Source: Leptonemataceae bacterium (GTDB lineage Bacteria > Spirochaetota > Leptospiria > Leptospirales > Leptonemataceae). From it: a stretch of DNA of 64,000 nt. A program made the translations under genes and the position numbers. Below the pieces are notes generated by a model. The model made no database searches. It saw nothing but the letters and a program-made list of their open reading frames with translations, and was not told the origin of the DNA. This document shows positions 8,799 through 18,528 of this stretch, piece by piece. Numbering within the stretch: position 1 is the stretch's first letter; each line of letters starts with the position of its first letter. Location of the stretch: positions 1,312,001 to 1,376,000 of the forward strand of contig OZ245742.1 in assembly GCA_965227295.1 (NCBI GenBank), read 5' to 3'.

Positions 8799-10109
8799 AT
8801 GAAAAGCCTGAAGTCGTCCTTCCCCACATTTCTCTTCGTGCACACGTCCGCCCTGCTGGCCGTTTCCCTCGGCCTGCTCGTCGTCTGCGGCGGGGGCGGC
8901 AGCGCCCAGCGCTCGGATCGCACCAGCGACATCAATGCGAACGAATGCCGGAGCGGGCAGATCGCGACGATGGGCGAGGCGCCGATCTTTGCATCCCAGG
9001 CGGCGGCGCGCGACAAAGCCAAAGAGGATGCCTGTCGCAAGGCCGTGGAGAAGTGCATCGGAGAAGAGGTGGCCAGTGAGTCGGGCGTTTCCGACGGCCA
9101 GGCCATCGCCAACGAGGTCTTCACGAAAGCGCGCGGCATTTGTAAAAACGACCAGATCCTCGACGAGACCACCTACAAAATCGACACCACAACCATGCTG
9201 CGCATCCAGGTGCGTTTCACGGTCAAACAGTCCGACGTTCGCGACACCATCGATACCATGAAGGAACTCGCGGGCAATCCGAAGGTTCTGGTTCTCATCC
9301 GTGAAGAGTACAACCTGCCGCCGAAGCAAGTCGAGGGCTTCGCCTCGCGCAGCGGCAAGGCGGCGTCGACCCTGCGGGACTTCCTCATATCCAAAGGCTA
9401 CACCGTTCTGGATCCCGGCAGCATCGCCCGGGGCATGAACGAGGCGGACCTGGCCGCAAACCCGGGGAGCATCCCGGACGAACTCAAGGATCGTGCGGCA
9501 AAGGCCGGCGCCGATGTGTTGATCATCGGGCGGATCGAAACGAATCCCCAGGACATCAGCGCTCTGGCCGGCTCGGACTTTAAGTCGTACCGCGCCGAGG
9601 GCAACGTATCCATGCTCGCGCTGTGGGGCTACGGCCAGGTGCTGGGTGAGTTCTCGGACAGCCAGCCCGGCGCTCAGGTAAGCAAGCTTTCGGCGGCGCG
9701 GGCATCCGTGGAGGCTTTCGCGAAAGGGCGAAACAAGAACAAGGTCGAAGGCCTGGCGGGCTTCGTACACAAGCGGCTGACCAACGAGTGGTCCATCATC
9801 ACGCGCAATAATAAGATCAAACTCAACATCACCGGCATCGATCAAAAGGAAGCCGGTGTCTTTCGCGACAACCTGCAGGAAGCCACCGCGGTGAAGCGAG
9901 TGAACCCGATCTCCGCTGAAGGCGAGAACGTTGTGTGGGACGTAACGTATCCGGGACGGAGTTTCGCTCTGGCGGACACACTCGGATTCTACGGCGACAA
10001 CCCGCAAATGTTCACGGCGCTACAGTTCAACTGCAAAAAGATCAAAGTGGACAGCGTAAAGCGCGGCGAGATTTCGATCAGCCTCTACGGCGGCGGCTGC
10101 GGCGGCTAG
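8799..10109 (+). CDS. LipL46-like lipoprotein (FlgT N-terminal-like domain)
   Basis: Signal ending LLVVC; GEAPI...SGVSDGQ...GNPKVLVL blocks recalled from leptospiral LipL46. Confidence 0.7.
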   Translation: MKSLKSSFPTFLFVHTSALLAVSLGLLVVCGGGGSAQRSDRTSDINANECRSGQIATMGEAPIFASQAAARDKAKEDACRKAVEKCIGEEVASESGVSDGQAIANEVFTKARGICKNDQILDETTYKIDTTTMLRIQVRFTVKQSDVRDTIDTMKELAGNPKVLVLIREEYNLPPKQVEGFASRSGKAASTLRDFLISKGYTVLDPGSIARGMNEADLAANPGSIPDELKDRAAKAGADVLIIGRIETNPQDISALAGSDFKSYRAEGNVSMLALWGYGQVLGEFSDSQPGAQVSKLSAARASVEAFAKGRNKNKVEGLAGFVHKRLTNEWSIITRNNKIKLNITGIDQKEAGVFRDNLQEATAVKRVNPISAEGENVVWDVTYPGRSFALADTLGFYGDNPQMFTALQFNCKKIKVDSVKRGEISISLYGGGCGG

Positions 10110-10171
10110 TACAGTACAGGTGATCCGGCAGCGCGCTGTTCCGGCGCGTCTGCCTTACGTACGACACACGA

Positions 10172-11047
10172 TTAGAATAACACTTCCTGGCGGTGAGAGC
10201 TTTCGGCCTCGGCGTAACGGCGTGCCGGGGACTCTCCGCCGATGGCGCCCGCGGAGCCTGTCAGGGTTTCCCGCGTCGTGACCAGTCGATAGCGGCTGCG
10301 TTCCCCGAACTCCGGTGCTTCTGAGCGGGCCACGATCTGCCCGGTGCGGAACAGTTCGATGACGACGGCGGCTGTTAACTTATGTTTGCGTGAAGTCAGG
10401 CGGCGCTCAGCATCCTGCAGGCATTGGTAGAGCGGCAGGACGCCGCGGTAGAACCAGGCCACGGGCGAAAGCATGGGGTTATCCGGAAAGACCTCGTCCA
10501 GGTATTCGGGAAAGTCCACGTCCGTGGCGGAACTCTGCGATTGGGAGCGTACTTCCGCAATGTAAGCATAAAGACGGTGGCAGCGCTCTTTTTCCGAACG
10601 GACCCGGCACTCCAGGCCGAGCCAGCGGGCCCAGGCCCGGCGCTCGCGAACGGGCATGCGGGCCAGTTCGCCGTACAGGAAGTTCATTTTGCGGAAGCGT
10701 TGGTCCGCGGCCAGGAGGTCCAGGGCTTCCCCACTGATGACGCAACGTTGTTCGTCCGGCCAGATGGTATACGGGCTTTTTTTGAGCGCGCTATGCTCGG
10801 CGGGGTCCAGGCATTCGCCGGACACTGAGCCGAAAGACGACAGTACTTTGAAGAACGTTTCGCTGAGGCCGGACTGTTCCAGATTGTCGAAGGGGCGACC
10901 GAGGCGTTCGTAACTGTCTTTGATGACGCGACCCAGGCGAACCCGGTCCAGGTTGTTGCGGAGGATTATTTTCAGGAGCTTTTGAATACGCAGGAGTTCT
11001 GCGTTTGGCAGATGAGAATATAACTCTACGAGGTGGTTCTCAATCAC
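10172..11047 (-). CDS. Hypothetical protein
   Basis: 291-aa ORF overlapping the purD stop; no motif recognised. Confidence 0.7.
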   Translation of the reverse strand: MIENHLVELYSHLPNAELLRIQKLLKIILRNNLDRVRLGRVIKDSYERLGRPFDNLEQSGLSETFFKVLSSFGSVSGECLDPAEHSALKKSPYTIWPDEQRCVISGEALDLLAADQRFRKMNFLYGELARMPVRERRAWARWLGLECRVRSEKERCHRLYAYIAEVRSQSQSSATDVDFPEYLDEVFPDNPMLSPVAWFYRGVLPLYQCLQDAERRLTSRKHKLTAAVVIELFRTGQIVARSEAPEFGERSRYRLVTTRETLTGSAGAIGGESPARRYAEAESSHRQEVLF

Positions 11048-12309
11048 AGGGCCTTCTCCCCTATATCCTGTCGGTAGAACGTACCATCGGCTTCGATGTT
11101 TTTTATGCGATTGTACGCTGCGTCTCGGGCGGCCGCGAGGTTCGGAGCAACGGCAGTAACACCCAGAATGCGCCCGCCGGTGCTCAGGATGCGATGATCC
11201 TCGGTCCGCCGGGTTCCAGCGTGAAAAAGGATTATGTCCCCTTCGCCCATGTCAACGTTTTTTAGCAAAATGTCCTTTTTATAAGTTCCGGGATAGCCTC
11301 CGGCCGCGAGCACCACGATAACTGCCGCGCCGGTGTGGAATCGCAGCGGCCGATCCGGCAAAGATCCGGTCGCCGAAAGGGTTGCCAGGTCCAGGAGGTC
11401 CTCATGCAGCAGGCGCAGCAGGGCCTGGGTCTCCGGGTCTCCGAAGCGGACGTTGAACTCCACCGTGCGGGCCCGGCCGTCCTTGACCATCAGGCCGGCA
11501 TAGAGCAGGCCGCGATAGGGATGGCCGTCGGCCTTCATGCCGGCCACGGCCCGATCGAGGATTTCGGTCTGGACCTGCTGCATCAGACTCGCGTCCACAA
11601 ACGGAACGGGAAGATACGCACCCATGCCGCCGGTGTTCGGCCCCTGGTCGCCGTCGTGAGCGCGCTTGTGATCCTGGGAGGCCAGAAACGGAACCGCCCG
11701 CTCCCCGTCGCAGATGGCGAAGACCGAGGCCTCTTCTCCATCCATGAACTCTTCTATTAGAACACGACGCCCGGCGTCACCAAAGACCCCGCCTTCCAGG
11801 CAATCGCGGAGGGCTTTCTCGGCTTCGGCGTAGTTCGGAGCCACGGTCACGCCTTTTCCGGCCGCGAGGCCGTCCGCTTTGATGACGATGGGCGGTTCCA
11901 TTGTGTGCATGAATTCCAGGGCCGGCCGAACCTCGGTGAATGTCTCCGCCCGCGCCGTGGGAATGCCGTGGCGAACCATGAAGGACTTCGCGAAATCCTT
12001 CGAGCCCTCAAGTTGCGCCGCCGCTTTAGAAGGTCCGAAGACCGGACAGATTCCCTCCAGGGCATCCGTGATCCCGTCGACCAGTGGTTGTTCGGGACCG
12101 GCGACCACGAGATCGTAACGCTCGCGTTTCACGTGATCCACTATCGTGGAGAGTTCGCCGAGGGACAGACCGGGCGCCCGCACGATTGCGTCCGGCGGAA
12201 AGCCGCCGTTACCGGGGAAGGCATGGAGGCTGCCGAGCTTCGGGCTCTGCGAGATTTTCCAGAAGAGGGCGTGCTCACGTCCGCCGGAGCCGAGGATGAG
12301 GGTCTTCAT
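11044..12309 (-). CDS. purD: Phosphoribosylamine--glycine ligase
   Basis: LGSGGREHAL, LEGSKDFAK, KADGLAAGKGV, QDHKR, NTGGMGAY, EFNVRFGDPE. Confidence 0.98.
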   Translation of the reverse strand: MKTLILGSGGREHALFWKISQSPKLGSLHAFPGNGGFPPDAIVRAPGLSLGELSTIVDHVKRERYDLVVAGPEQPLVDGITDALEGICPVFGPSKAAAQLEGSKDFAKSFMVRHGIPTARAETFTEVRPALEFMHTMEPPIVIKADGLAAGKGVTVAPNYAEAEKALRDCLEGGVFGDAGRRVLIEEFMDGEEASVFAICDGERAVPFLASQDHKRAHDGDQGPNTGGMGAYLPVPFVDASLMQQVQTEILDRAVAGMKADGHPYRGLLYAGLMVKDGRARTVEFNVRFGDPETQALLRLLHEDLLDLATLSATGSLPDRPLRFHTGAAVIVVLAAGGYPGTYKKDILLKNVDMGEGDIILFHAGTRRTEDHRILSTGGRILGVTAVAPNLAAARDAAYNRIKNIEADGTFYRQDIGEKAL

Positions 12310-12373
12310 GCGAAGCAGGGCACCGCCGTCCGGGAGGCCGGTCAACAGGAATCAAAAAAGGGCCCGGAAAAGC

Positions 12374-12410
12374 TTGACATGATAACAGTGGAAGGTAATA
12401 ATGTTATCAT
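12374..12410 (+). promoter_or_regulatory. Sigma-70 promoter with overlapping inverted-repeat operator for the vapBC pair
   Basis: TTGACA (12374-12379), 17 nt, AATAAT (12397-12402); perfect 9-bp inverted repeat ATGATAACA (12379-12387)/TGTTATCAT (12402-12410). Confidence 0.75.
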
Positions 12411-12411
12411 C

Positions 12412-12636
12412 ATGATGCGCACCCAGATCAGCCTCAGTGAAGAGGAGTACGACCTGGCTAAGGCCGAGGCCGCCCGCCTGGGCATTTCGCTCGCGGAACT
12501 ACTGCGCCGTTCGCTACGGCAGACGCTGCCCATCAACCAGGAGCGGCAGTGGATGCGTTTCTGCGGTATGGTGGAGTCCGGGGATCGGCATTCCAGCCGG
12601 AACATCGACGAGCTGATCTATGGCCAGAAAGACTGA
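12412..12636 (+). CDS. CopG/ribbon-helix-helix antitoxin (VapB-like)
   Basis: MRTQISL...A.RLGISLAELLRRSL RHH pattern; overlaps the PIN gene. Confidence 0.85.
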   Translation: MMRTQISLSEEEYDLAKAEAARLGISLAELLRRSLRQTLPINQERQWMRFCGMVESGDRHSSRNIDELIYGQKD

Positions 12637-13054
12637 CGTCGTTGCCCGCGGCGAAGCCTACGTCGACACGTCCGCCTTCATCGCGTTTCTGGATCGCTCG
12701 GATACCTATCACGCGCTGTTCGCGCGCCTGTTTTCCCGCCCGCCGCAATTGTTCACCACGGCCCTCGTCATCGGTGAAGGTCACGCCTGGTTCCTGCGTC
12801 GCTACGATGAAACGCGGGCCATGCAGTTCTTGTTGTTCATCGAGGAGTTGAGCGAGGTCCTCTCGATCGTGGACGTCGGCGCTTCGGAACTGGACGGCGC
12901 TCGCAAGATCTTGCTAAATTACGGCGACCAGAAGCTAACGATCGCCGACGCGACGGGCCTGCATCTCATGAAGAAGCGCCGCGTTAAGTCGTGCTGGAGT
13001 ACGGATCGGCATCTGAACTTAAACGGCGTGCCGCTGGTGATTCACGAGTTGTAA
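12620..13054 (+). CDS. vapC: PIN-domain toxin (VapC family)
   Basis: YVDTSAFIA, VIGE, LTIADA, STDRH acidic PIN motifs. Confidence 0.9.
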   Translation: MARKTDVVARGEAYVDTSAFIAFLDRSDTYHALFARLFSRPPQLFTTALVIGEGHAWFLRRYDETRAMQFLLFIEELSEVLSIVDVGASELDGARKILLNYGDQKLTIADATGLHLMKKRRVKSCWSTDRHLNLNGVPLVIHEL

Positions 13055-13059
13055 ACTGC

Positions 13060-15774
13060 TCAGGCACCGAAACGTTTTAGCGCGCTCTGAAATGCGGCGA
13101 GCTGCTCTTCGGCTTCGGTAAGCTTCATTTTTTCTTTTTCCACGACTTCCGGCGGCGCGTTCTTGAGGAAGCCTTCGCTGCTCAGTTTCTTTTCCAGGCC
13201 GGTTTTGCGCCCTTCAATCTTTTTTACTTCGCCCTTGAGACGTTTGATTTCTTTCTCGATGTCCAGCACGCCTTCCAACGGCAGGTAGACCTCGCCTTCG
13301 CTGAAGGTTTCCATAGCATCGAACTTACCGGAATCGTACTTCGTTTCCACGCGCACGTCTTCGGTCTTTGCGAGGCGCTCCAGCGCCATGGCTTTGTCCG
13401 CCGCGGCCCCGGCCAGGTCCCGGTCCTCGCTGCGAATGATGATTTTTACTTTTTTGTCCGGCGGGATGTTCGTCTCCGCGCGGATCGTGCGAACGGCGCT
13501 GATCACTTCCTGCAATAGGCGCAGGGCCCGGGCCGGGGCTTCGGCCTGTTCCGGAAGGTTCGGTACCGCGGGCCAGGGCGCGGCGGCGAGAAATTCGTCG
13601 CGTTCGTTCGCCGGCTTCTGCCAGTGTTTGAGGCGATCATACAGCTCTTCCGTAATGAACGGCATGAACGGATGCAAAAGACCGAGCATGGAACGCAGTA
13701 CGAAGAATACGGTTTGTCTCGCGGCCTCGGCGGATTCTTCCGAGGCCTTGCCGAACATGCGCGGCTTGATGAACTCAATGTACCAATCGCAGAAGAAACG
13801 CCAGACGAACGTATACGCTTTATCGGCCGCAATGTGAAACTTGTACTCGTCGATGGTCCGTGCCGTTTCTTTCGTTGCGGCGTCCAGCTCGGCCAGGATC
13901 CACCAGTCTTCGGCTTCGAGGGCGAAAGACGTAAGTTTGTTCGATTGCGGTTGCCAGTCCTCGGGGAGGTTCATCAACACGAAGCGGCTGGAGTTCCAGA
14001 TCTTATTCGCGAAGTTCTGGTAACCCTTGAGACGGCTTTCGGAATAGAGCGTGTCCTTGCCCTCGGCCAGCGTGGCGACCAGGAAGAAACGAAACGCGTC
14101 GGCGCCGTAGTTTTCAACGGCCTGCAACGGATCGACGACGTTGCCTTTGGTCTTGGACATCTTCTCGCCGTTCTCATCACGCATGAGGCCGTGGATGTAG
14201 ATCTCACGGAACGGCGGCGCCTTCATGAAGTGCAGGCCGAGCATCATCATCCGCGCGACCCAGAAGAAAATAATGTCGAAGCCCGTAACGAGCACGCTGG
14301 TGGGATAGAACGTCTTCAGGTCCTCGGTTTCGTCCGGCCAGCCCATGGTCGAGAAGGGCCAGAGCCCTGAAGAAAACCAGGTGTCGAGGACGTCCTCGTC
14401 CTGCGTGAGTGCAACGGATTTGCCGTAGTGTTTCTGCGCGAGTTCCGCGGCCTCGCCTTCGTCATGGGCTACGAAGAGCTCGCCGTCCGGGCCGTACCAG
14501 GCGGGGATACGATGACCCCACCACAACTGCCGGGAGATACACCAGTCGCGAATTTCGTACATCCAGTGAAAGTAGGTGTTCTCCCACTGCCTCGGTACAA
14601 ACTTTACATCGCCGGACTTTACGGCTTCGATGGCCGGCTCCGCCAGGGGCTTGATCTTTACGAACCACTGCGTCGAGACAATCGGTTCGACCACGGCGCC
14701 GGAGCGTTGGGAGCGCCCCACGGACATGGCGTGTTCTTTCGATCCGCGTTCGAGACCGAGTTCGGCCAGGTCCTGTTTGATTTTTTTGCGCGCGTCAAAG
14801 CGGTCCAGGCCTTCGTATTTGCCTCCGTTCGCGTTGATGCTCGCGGTTTCGTCGAAGATGTTGATGAATTCGAGATTGTGGCGTTTGCCGGTTTCGTAGT
14901 CGTTCGGATCGTGGGACGGTGTAACCTTTACTGCGCCGGTACCGAACTCCGGGTCCACCAGCTCCGCGTCGCCGATGATCGCTATCTCTCGTTCCAGCAG
15001 CGGGTGCTTTACGGTCTTGCCGATCAGATCTTTGTAACGTTCGTCGTCCGGATGCACGGCGATGGCCGTATCACCCAGCATGGTTTCCGGGCGCGTCGTG
15101 GCGACGACGATCTCGTTCACACTGCCGTTCGCTTCGCTCAAAGGATAGGCAAACGAATACAGCTCGCCCTGATAACCTTCATCGTACTCGACTTCCAGGT
15201 CCGAAAGAACCGTGCGGGTGACCGGATCCCAGTTCACTAATCGCGAATCACGATAGATTAAGCCCTCGTTGTAGAGATCGACAAAGACTTTGCGTACGGC
15301 CCGGGACAGGCCCTCGTCCATCGTAAAGCGCTCACGGCCCCAGTCCACGGAGAAGCCCATGCGCTTTTGCTGACGCTGGATGTTGCCGCCGTACTTCTCT
15401 TTCCACTCCCAGACCTTTTCGATGAATTTTTCGCGGCCCAGGTCATGCCGGGACTTGCCTTCATTTTCCTGAAGCGTGCGTTCCACGCGCACCTGCGTGG
15501 CAATGCCGGCGTGATCCGTACCGGGTAACCAGAGCGTGCGCCGGCCGCGCTTGCGTGCGGCGCGAATGAGTACGTCGGGTATGGTTTGATCGAGGGCGTG
15601 GCCTACGTGCAGGTCACCGGTCACGTTCGGCGGGGGAATGACGATTGAGTACGCGTCTTCGGCCGAAGCGTCGCCGTACTCCGGCCGGAAGACGCCGGCT
15701 TTTTCCCAGGCGTCGATCCAGCGGGACTCGACGGCGGCGGGATCATAGCGGGAATCCAATTCCTCGATGGCCAT
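13060..15774 (-). CDS. valS: Valine--tRNA ligase
   Basis: PPPNVTGDLHVGH, DWCISRQLWWGHRIP, KMSKTKGN, C-terminal coiled coil; start placed at ATG 15774. Confidence 0.98.
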   Translation of the reverse strand: MAIEELDSRYDPAAVESRWIDAWEKAGVFRPEYGDASAEDAYSIVIPPPNVTGDLHVGHALDQTIPDVLIRAARKRGRRTLWLPGTDHAGIATQVRVERTLQENEGKSRHDLGREKFIEKVWEWKEKYGGNIQRQQKRMGFSVDWGRERFTMDEGLSRAVRKVFVDLYNEGLIYRDSRLVNWDPVTRTVLSDLEVEYDEGYQGELYSFAYPLSEANGSVNEIVVATTRPETMLGDTAIAVHPDDERYKDLIGKTVKHPLLEREIAIIGDAELVDPEFGTGAVKVTPSHDPNDYETGKRHNLEFINIFDETASINANGGKYEGLDRFDARKKIKQDLAELGLERGSKEHAMSVGRSQRSGAVVEPIVSTQWFVKIKPLAEPAIEAVKSGDVKFVPRQWENTYFHWMYEIRDWCISRQLWWGHRIPAWYGPDGELFVAHDEGEAAELAQKHYGKSVALTQDEDVLDTWFSSGLWPFSTMGWPDETEDLKTFYPTSVLVTGFDIIFFWVARMMMLGLHFMKAPPFREIYIHGLMRDENGEKMSKTKGNVVDPLQAVENYGADAFRFFLVATLAEGKDTLYSESRLKGYQNFANKIWNSSRFVLMNLPEDWQPQSNKLTSFALEAEDWWILAELDAATKETARTIDEYKFHIAADKAYTFVWRFFCDWYIEFIKPRMFGKASEESAEAARQTVFFVLRSMLGLLHPFMPFITEELYDRLKHWQKPANERDEFLAAAPWPAVPNLPEQAEAPARALRLLQEVISAVRTIRAETNIPPDKKVKIIIRSEDRDLAGAAADKAMALERLAKTEDVRVETKYDSGKFDAMETFSEGEVYLPLEGVLDIEKEIKRLKGEVKKIEGRKTGLEKKLSSEGFLKNAPPEVVEKEKMKLTEAEEQLAAFQSALKRFGA

Positions 15775-15824
15775 AGGAATGACACGGAAACGAGGGGCGG
15801 CGCACGGTAAAACCGAAAATTTGC

Positions 15825-16157
15825 TCAGGGCTCGAAGTTCTCGGGCACTGCCTGTTCGCGGCGTCTGCGTTCGGCGGCGGTGTTCAACGGATCGCACGGC
15901 GACGACTGCGGGTCTGCGATGCGCACCCACTTTTCGTAGTCGATGGTCCCGTCTTCTTTCAGGAAGTCGCGTTCAATGAAGTGCGTTTCGCCGACGTAGA
16001 TGTTGAAGCTGGGATCGCAAGGGTCCGGTTCCGACGTTTCGTTCATGAGTGAACTGTAGGTTCGCTTCAACCAGGGAACGTCCTCGCACGCCGTTACAGT
16101 CGTTGCGAGACATAACACGAGCAGGCGCGGGGCGATGTACATGATGCGAAATGACAT
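15825..16157 (-). CDS. Small hypothetical lipoprotein
   Basis: Hydrophobic signal ending VTAC. Confidence 0.55.
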   Translation of the reverse strand: MSFRIMYIAPRLLVLCLATTVTACEDVPWLKRTYSSLMNETSEPDPCDPSFNIYVGETHFIERDFLKEDGTIDYEKWVRIADPQSSPCDPLNTAAERRRREQAVPENFEP

Positions 16158-16227
16158 GCCGAATCCAGTATATCACATGATCGGTTCGCCGCAATCGAGA
16201 ACTCAGTCGCCGCCGACGAAATAACAT

Positions 16228-17166
16228 TCACGGAATTCGCAGGGTTCCCCGGGAGACCTGCACGGCCCCGCCGCCGACGGCCGGCGGAAGCGTGTCCCCA
16301 TTCCTGCGTTCGATGCGAATGTCCAGGTAGCTCGGCCGTCCCATCTCCACTCCCTGTTCAATGCGATACTCGAAGCGCCCATCGGGGCAAGTCTGAATCT
16401 TGCGACTCGTGCCGGCCAGGTAGCCTGCGAAAGCGACGGCGGCGGCCCCCGTCGCCGGGTCCTCGGGAATGCCCAGGGCCGGGGCAAACATGCGCGAGCG
16501 AACATGAGCCCCGGGATGTTCCGGCTCGAAGCAGAAGACATAAACCTCTCCTGCACGCATGTTAGCAAATACGCGATCGTATGCGTCGCGGCGAATGCAT
16601 GCGGTGCCGAGCACGCTGCGATTGCGGACCGGCACCATGAGAAAGGGAACGCCGCCGGAGGCCGTGGCGGGCGCGAACTCCGCGCCTTCAAATTCGTTGC
16701 CGATGTCGCCAGCGTCGATGCCGAGGACCTCTGCCAGGGCCTGCGTTTCAGGGGCCTCGGGATGCACGTCTACCGAACGTGCCGCGGTAAGACGGGCAAA
16801 GGCCGGCCGGTCGCCGTTCCATTCGATGTCCACGGTGACCGGACCGATACCTTCGTGCAAGATGAGTCGACTCGCGCTGCCGCCGGACGGTGGATTGCCG
16901 ATTTCGGCAAGAGTCAACGCCGAGCCGATCGTGGGATGGCCGGCGAAGGGCAGCTCTTTCGCCGGTGTGAAGATGCGTACTGGAAACTCCGATGCCGCCC
17001 GGGCCGGGCCCACGAAGACGGTTTCCGAGAGATTGAATTCGCGCGCAATCTTTTGCATGGCGTCGTCGCCGAGGCGGCCTTCCGGATCCAGTACGATTGC
17101 CAGGGGATTGCCGCCGAAAAGCCTGTCCGTAAAAACATCACAGGTAAAGAACTCGTACGTATTCAT
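16228..17166 (-). CDS. PhzF-family isomerase/epimerase
   Basis: DVFT..FGGNPLA, NLSETVF, ELPFAGHPT, EDPATG, QGVEMGRPS. Confidence 0.95.
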   Translation of the reverse strand: MNTYEFFTCDVFTDRLFGGNPLAIVLDPEGRLGDDAMQKIAREFNLSETVFVGPARAASEFPVRIFTPAKELPFAGHPTIGSALTLAEIGNPPSGGSASRLILHEGIGPVTVDIEWNGDRPAFARLTAARSVDVHPEAPETQALAEVLGIDAGDIGNEFEGAEFAPATASGGVPFLMVPVRNRSVLGTACIRRDAYDRVFANMRAGEVYVFCFEPEHPGAHVRSRMFAPALGIPEDPATGAAAVAFAGYLAGTSRKIQTCPDGRFEYRIEQGVEMGRPSYLDIRIERRNGDTLPPAVGGGAVQVSRGTLRIP

Positions 17167-18410
17167 CGCCGGACCTCCGTTACGTTTGCATTGACTTCTG
17201 ATAATGCGAACTTAAGGGTTTGCCCGAGCCTGCGAATCCCTTCGAAAATGCGGTCTTCGTCGGAATTTGAAAAGTTCAATCGCATGAAACGATCCCCGTC
17301 GGTGGTATCGCCGGCGAAAAAGCAGCCCCCGGGGACAAAAAGTACGTCACGGTTTCGCGCGCGCTCGAGTATGGCATTTGCCGAAAGGGAGTCCGGCAAT
17401 CGGCACCAGAAGAACATGCCGCCCTCGGGAACACGATAGCGGACCTCCGCGGGAAATTCACTTTCCATCGCTGCATGCATCGCATCGCGACGGCGGCGGT
17501 ACTTACGGCGGAGGAACTCGATGTGTTCGTCCAGATTGGAGGTTCGCAAGAATTCGGCGAGGATGTGCTGGCCGAGCTCGCCCGTGTGCAGATCCGCCGC
17601 CTGCTTGAGTCGCACGAGGCGGTCCAGGACGGCCCGCGGTGCGTGCACCCATCCGATGCGCAGGCCCGGTGCCGCGATTTTTGAGAAACTCCCGAGCAGG
17701 ATTACATTCTCCGAAAGTGTGCGAATGGCCGGCGGCCGCGAAGAGGAAGTATCACCATAGTACAATTCGCCGTACGGATCATCTTCAATCACTACGGCAC
17801 TTCCGGAATCCGCCAGCCGGGCGACCTCCCGGCGTTTTGCGGCCGAGCACGTGATACCGGACGGATTCTGAAAGTTCGGCGTTGTATAGAACAAGGGCGG
17901 CTTGCCGGCGTTGCGCTGCAGTGCGGTGCAGGTCTCCGTAAGTGTCCGTGTGCAAACCCCGTCCGCCTCCAGCGGCACTTCTGCAAACCTCGGCTCGTAG
18001 CATTCAAATGCCTGGAGCGCGCCGAGGTACGAAGGAGCCTCGACTACTACGGCGTCTCCGGAATTCAGGAGAGCCCGGCCCAGGAGATCCAGCGCCTGCT
18101 GGGAGCCGTTCGTTATTAAGATATCTTCAGCAAAAGCTAAAACACCACGCTGTCTGCGCAATCGTGCGGCTATCATCTCCCGGAGTTCCGTCAGCCCCTC
18201 GGACAACCCGTACTGGAGTGCCGCGCGTCCCGTGCCTTCGTCGGCCAGTATTCGCTGTGCTGCCGCGGCGAATGCCGGCGTCGGGAACGCTTCCGCGGCG
18301 GGCAGGCCTCCGGCAAACGAGATCGTCTCCGGATCTACGGCCGCTTTCAGCATTTCCCGGATGTGCGACGTGCGGATGCGCCGGGTTCTCTCCGCGAACT
18401 TCCAGTCCAT
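17163..18410 (-). CDS. PLP-dependent class I aminotransferase (LysN/Aro8-like)
   Basis: ISFAGGLP, NGSQQALD, NFQNPSG, IEDDPY, GSFSKI..PGLRIGW. Confidence 0.93.
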   Translation of the reverse strand: MDWKFAERTRRIRTSHIREMLKAAVDPETISFAGGLPAAEAFPTPAFAAAAQRILADEGTGRAALQYGLSEGLTELREMIAARLRRQRGVLAFAEDILITNGSQQALDLLGRALLNSGDAVVVEAPSYLGALQAFECYEPRFAEVPLEADGVCTRTLTETCTALQRNAGKPPLFYTTPNFQNPSGITCSAAKRREVARLADSGSAVVIEDDPYGELYYGDTSSSRPPAIRTLSENVILLGSFSKIAAPGLRIGWVHAPRAVLDRLVRLKQAADLHTGELGQHILAEFLRTSNLDEHIEFLRRKYRRRRDAMHAAMESEFPAEVRYRVPEGGMFFWCRLPDSLSANAILERARNRDVLFVPGGCFFAGDTTDGDRFMRLNFSNSDEDRIFEGIRRLGQTLKFALSEVNANVTEVRR

Positions 18411-18445
18411 GCACGCATCATACATGTTTTCCTGGATTCGAGAAG

Positions 18446-18510
18446 GTACAGTCGCGGGAATTGTAATCATAACAGTTGTTAAAAAAACTCGCTTGCTATG
18501 GATACAGTTT
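18446..18510. promoter_or_regulatory. Putative MocR-regulator binding boxes in divergent intergenic region
   Basis: ACAGT at 18448, 18472 and 18504 in an AT-rich stretch between the divergent aminotransferase and regulator genes. Confidence 0.45.
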
Positions 18511-18528
18511 TCCCGAAAACTCGCTCCC

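Noticed and set aside
8691-10007. N-terminal ~440 aa of the 611-aa ORF fused to FlgN
   Set aside because: Antisense to the LipL46-like gene; only the last 172 aa look real.
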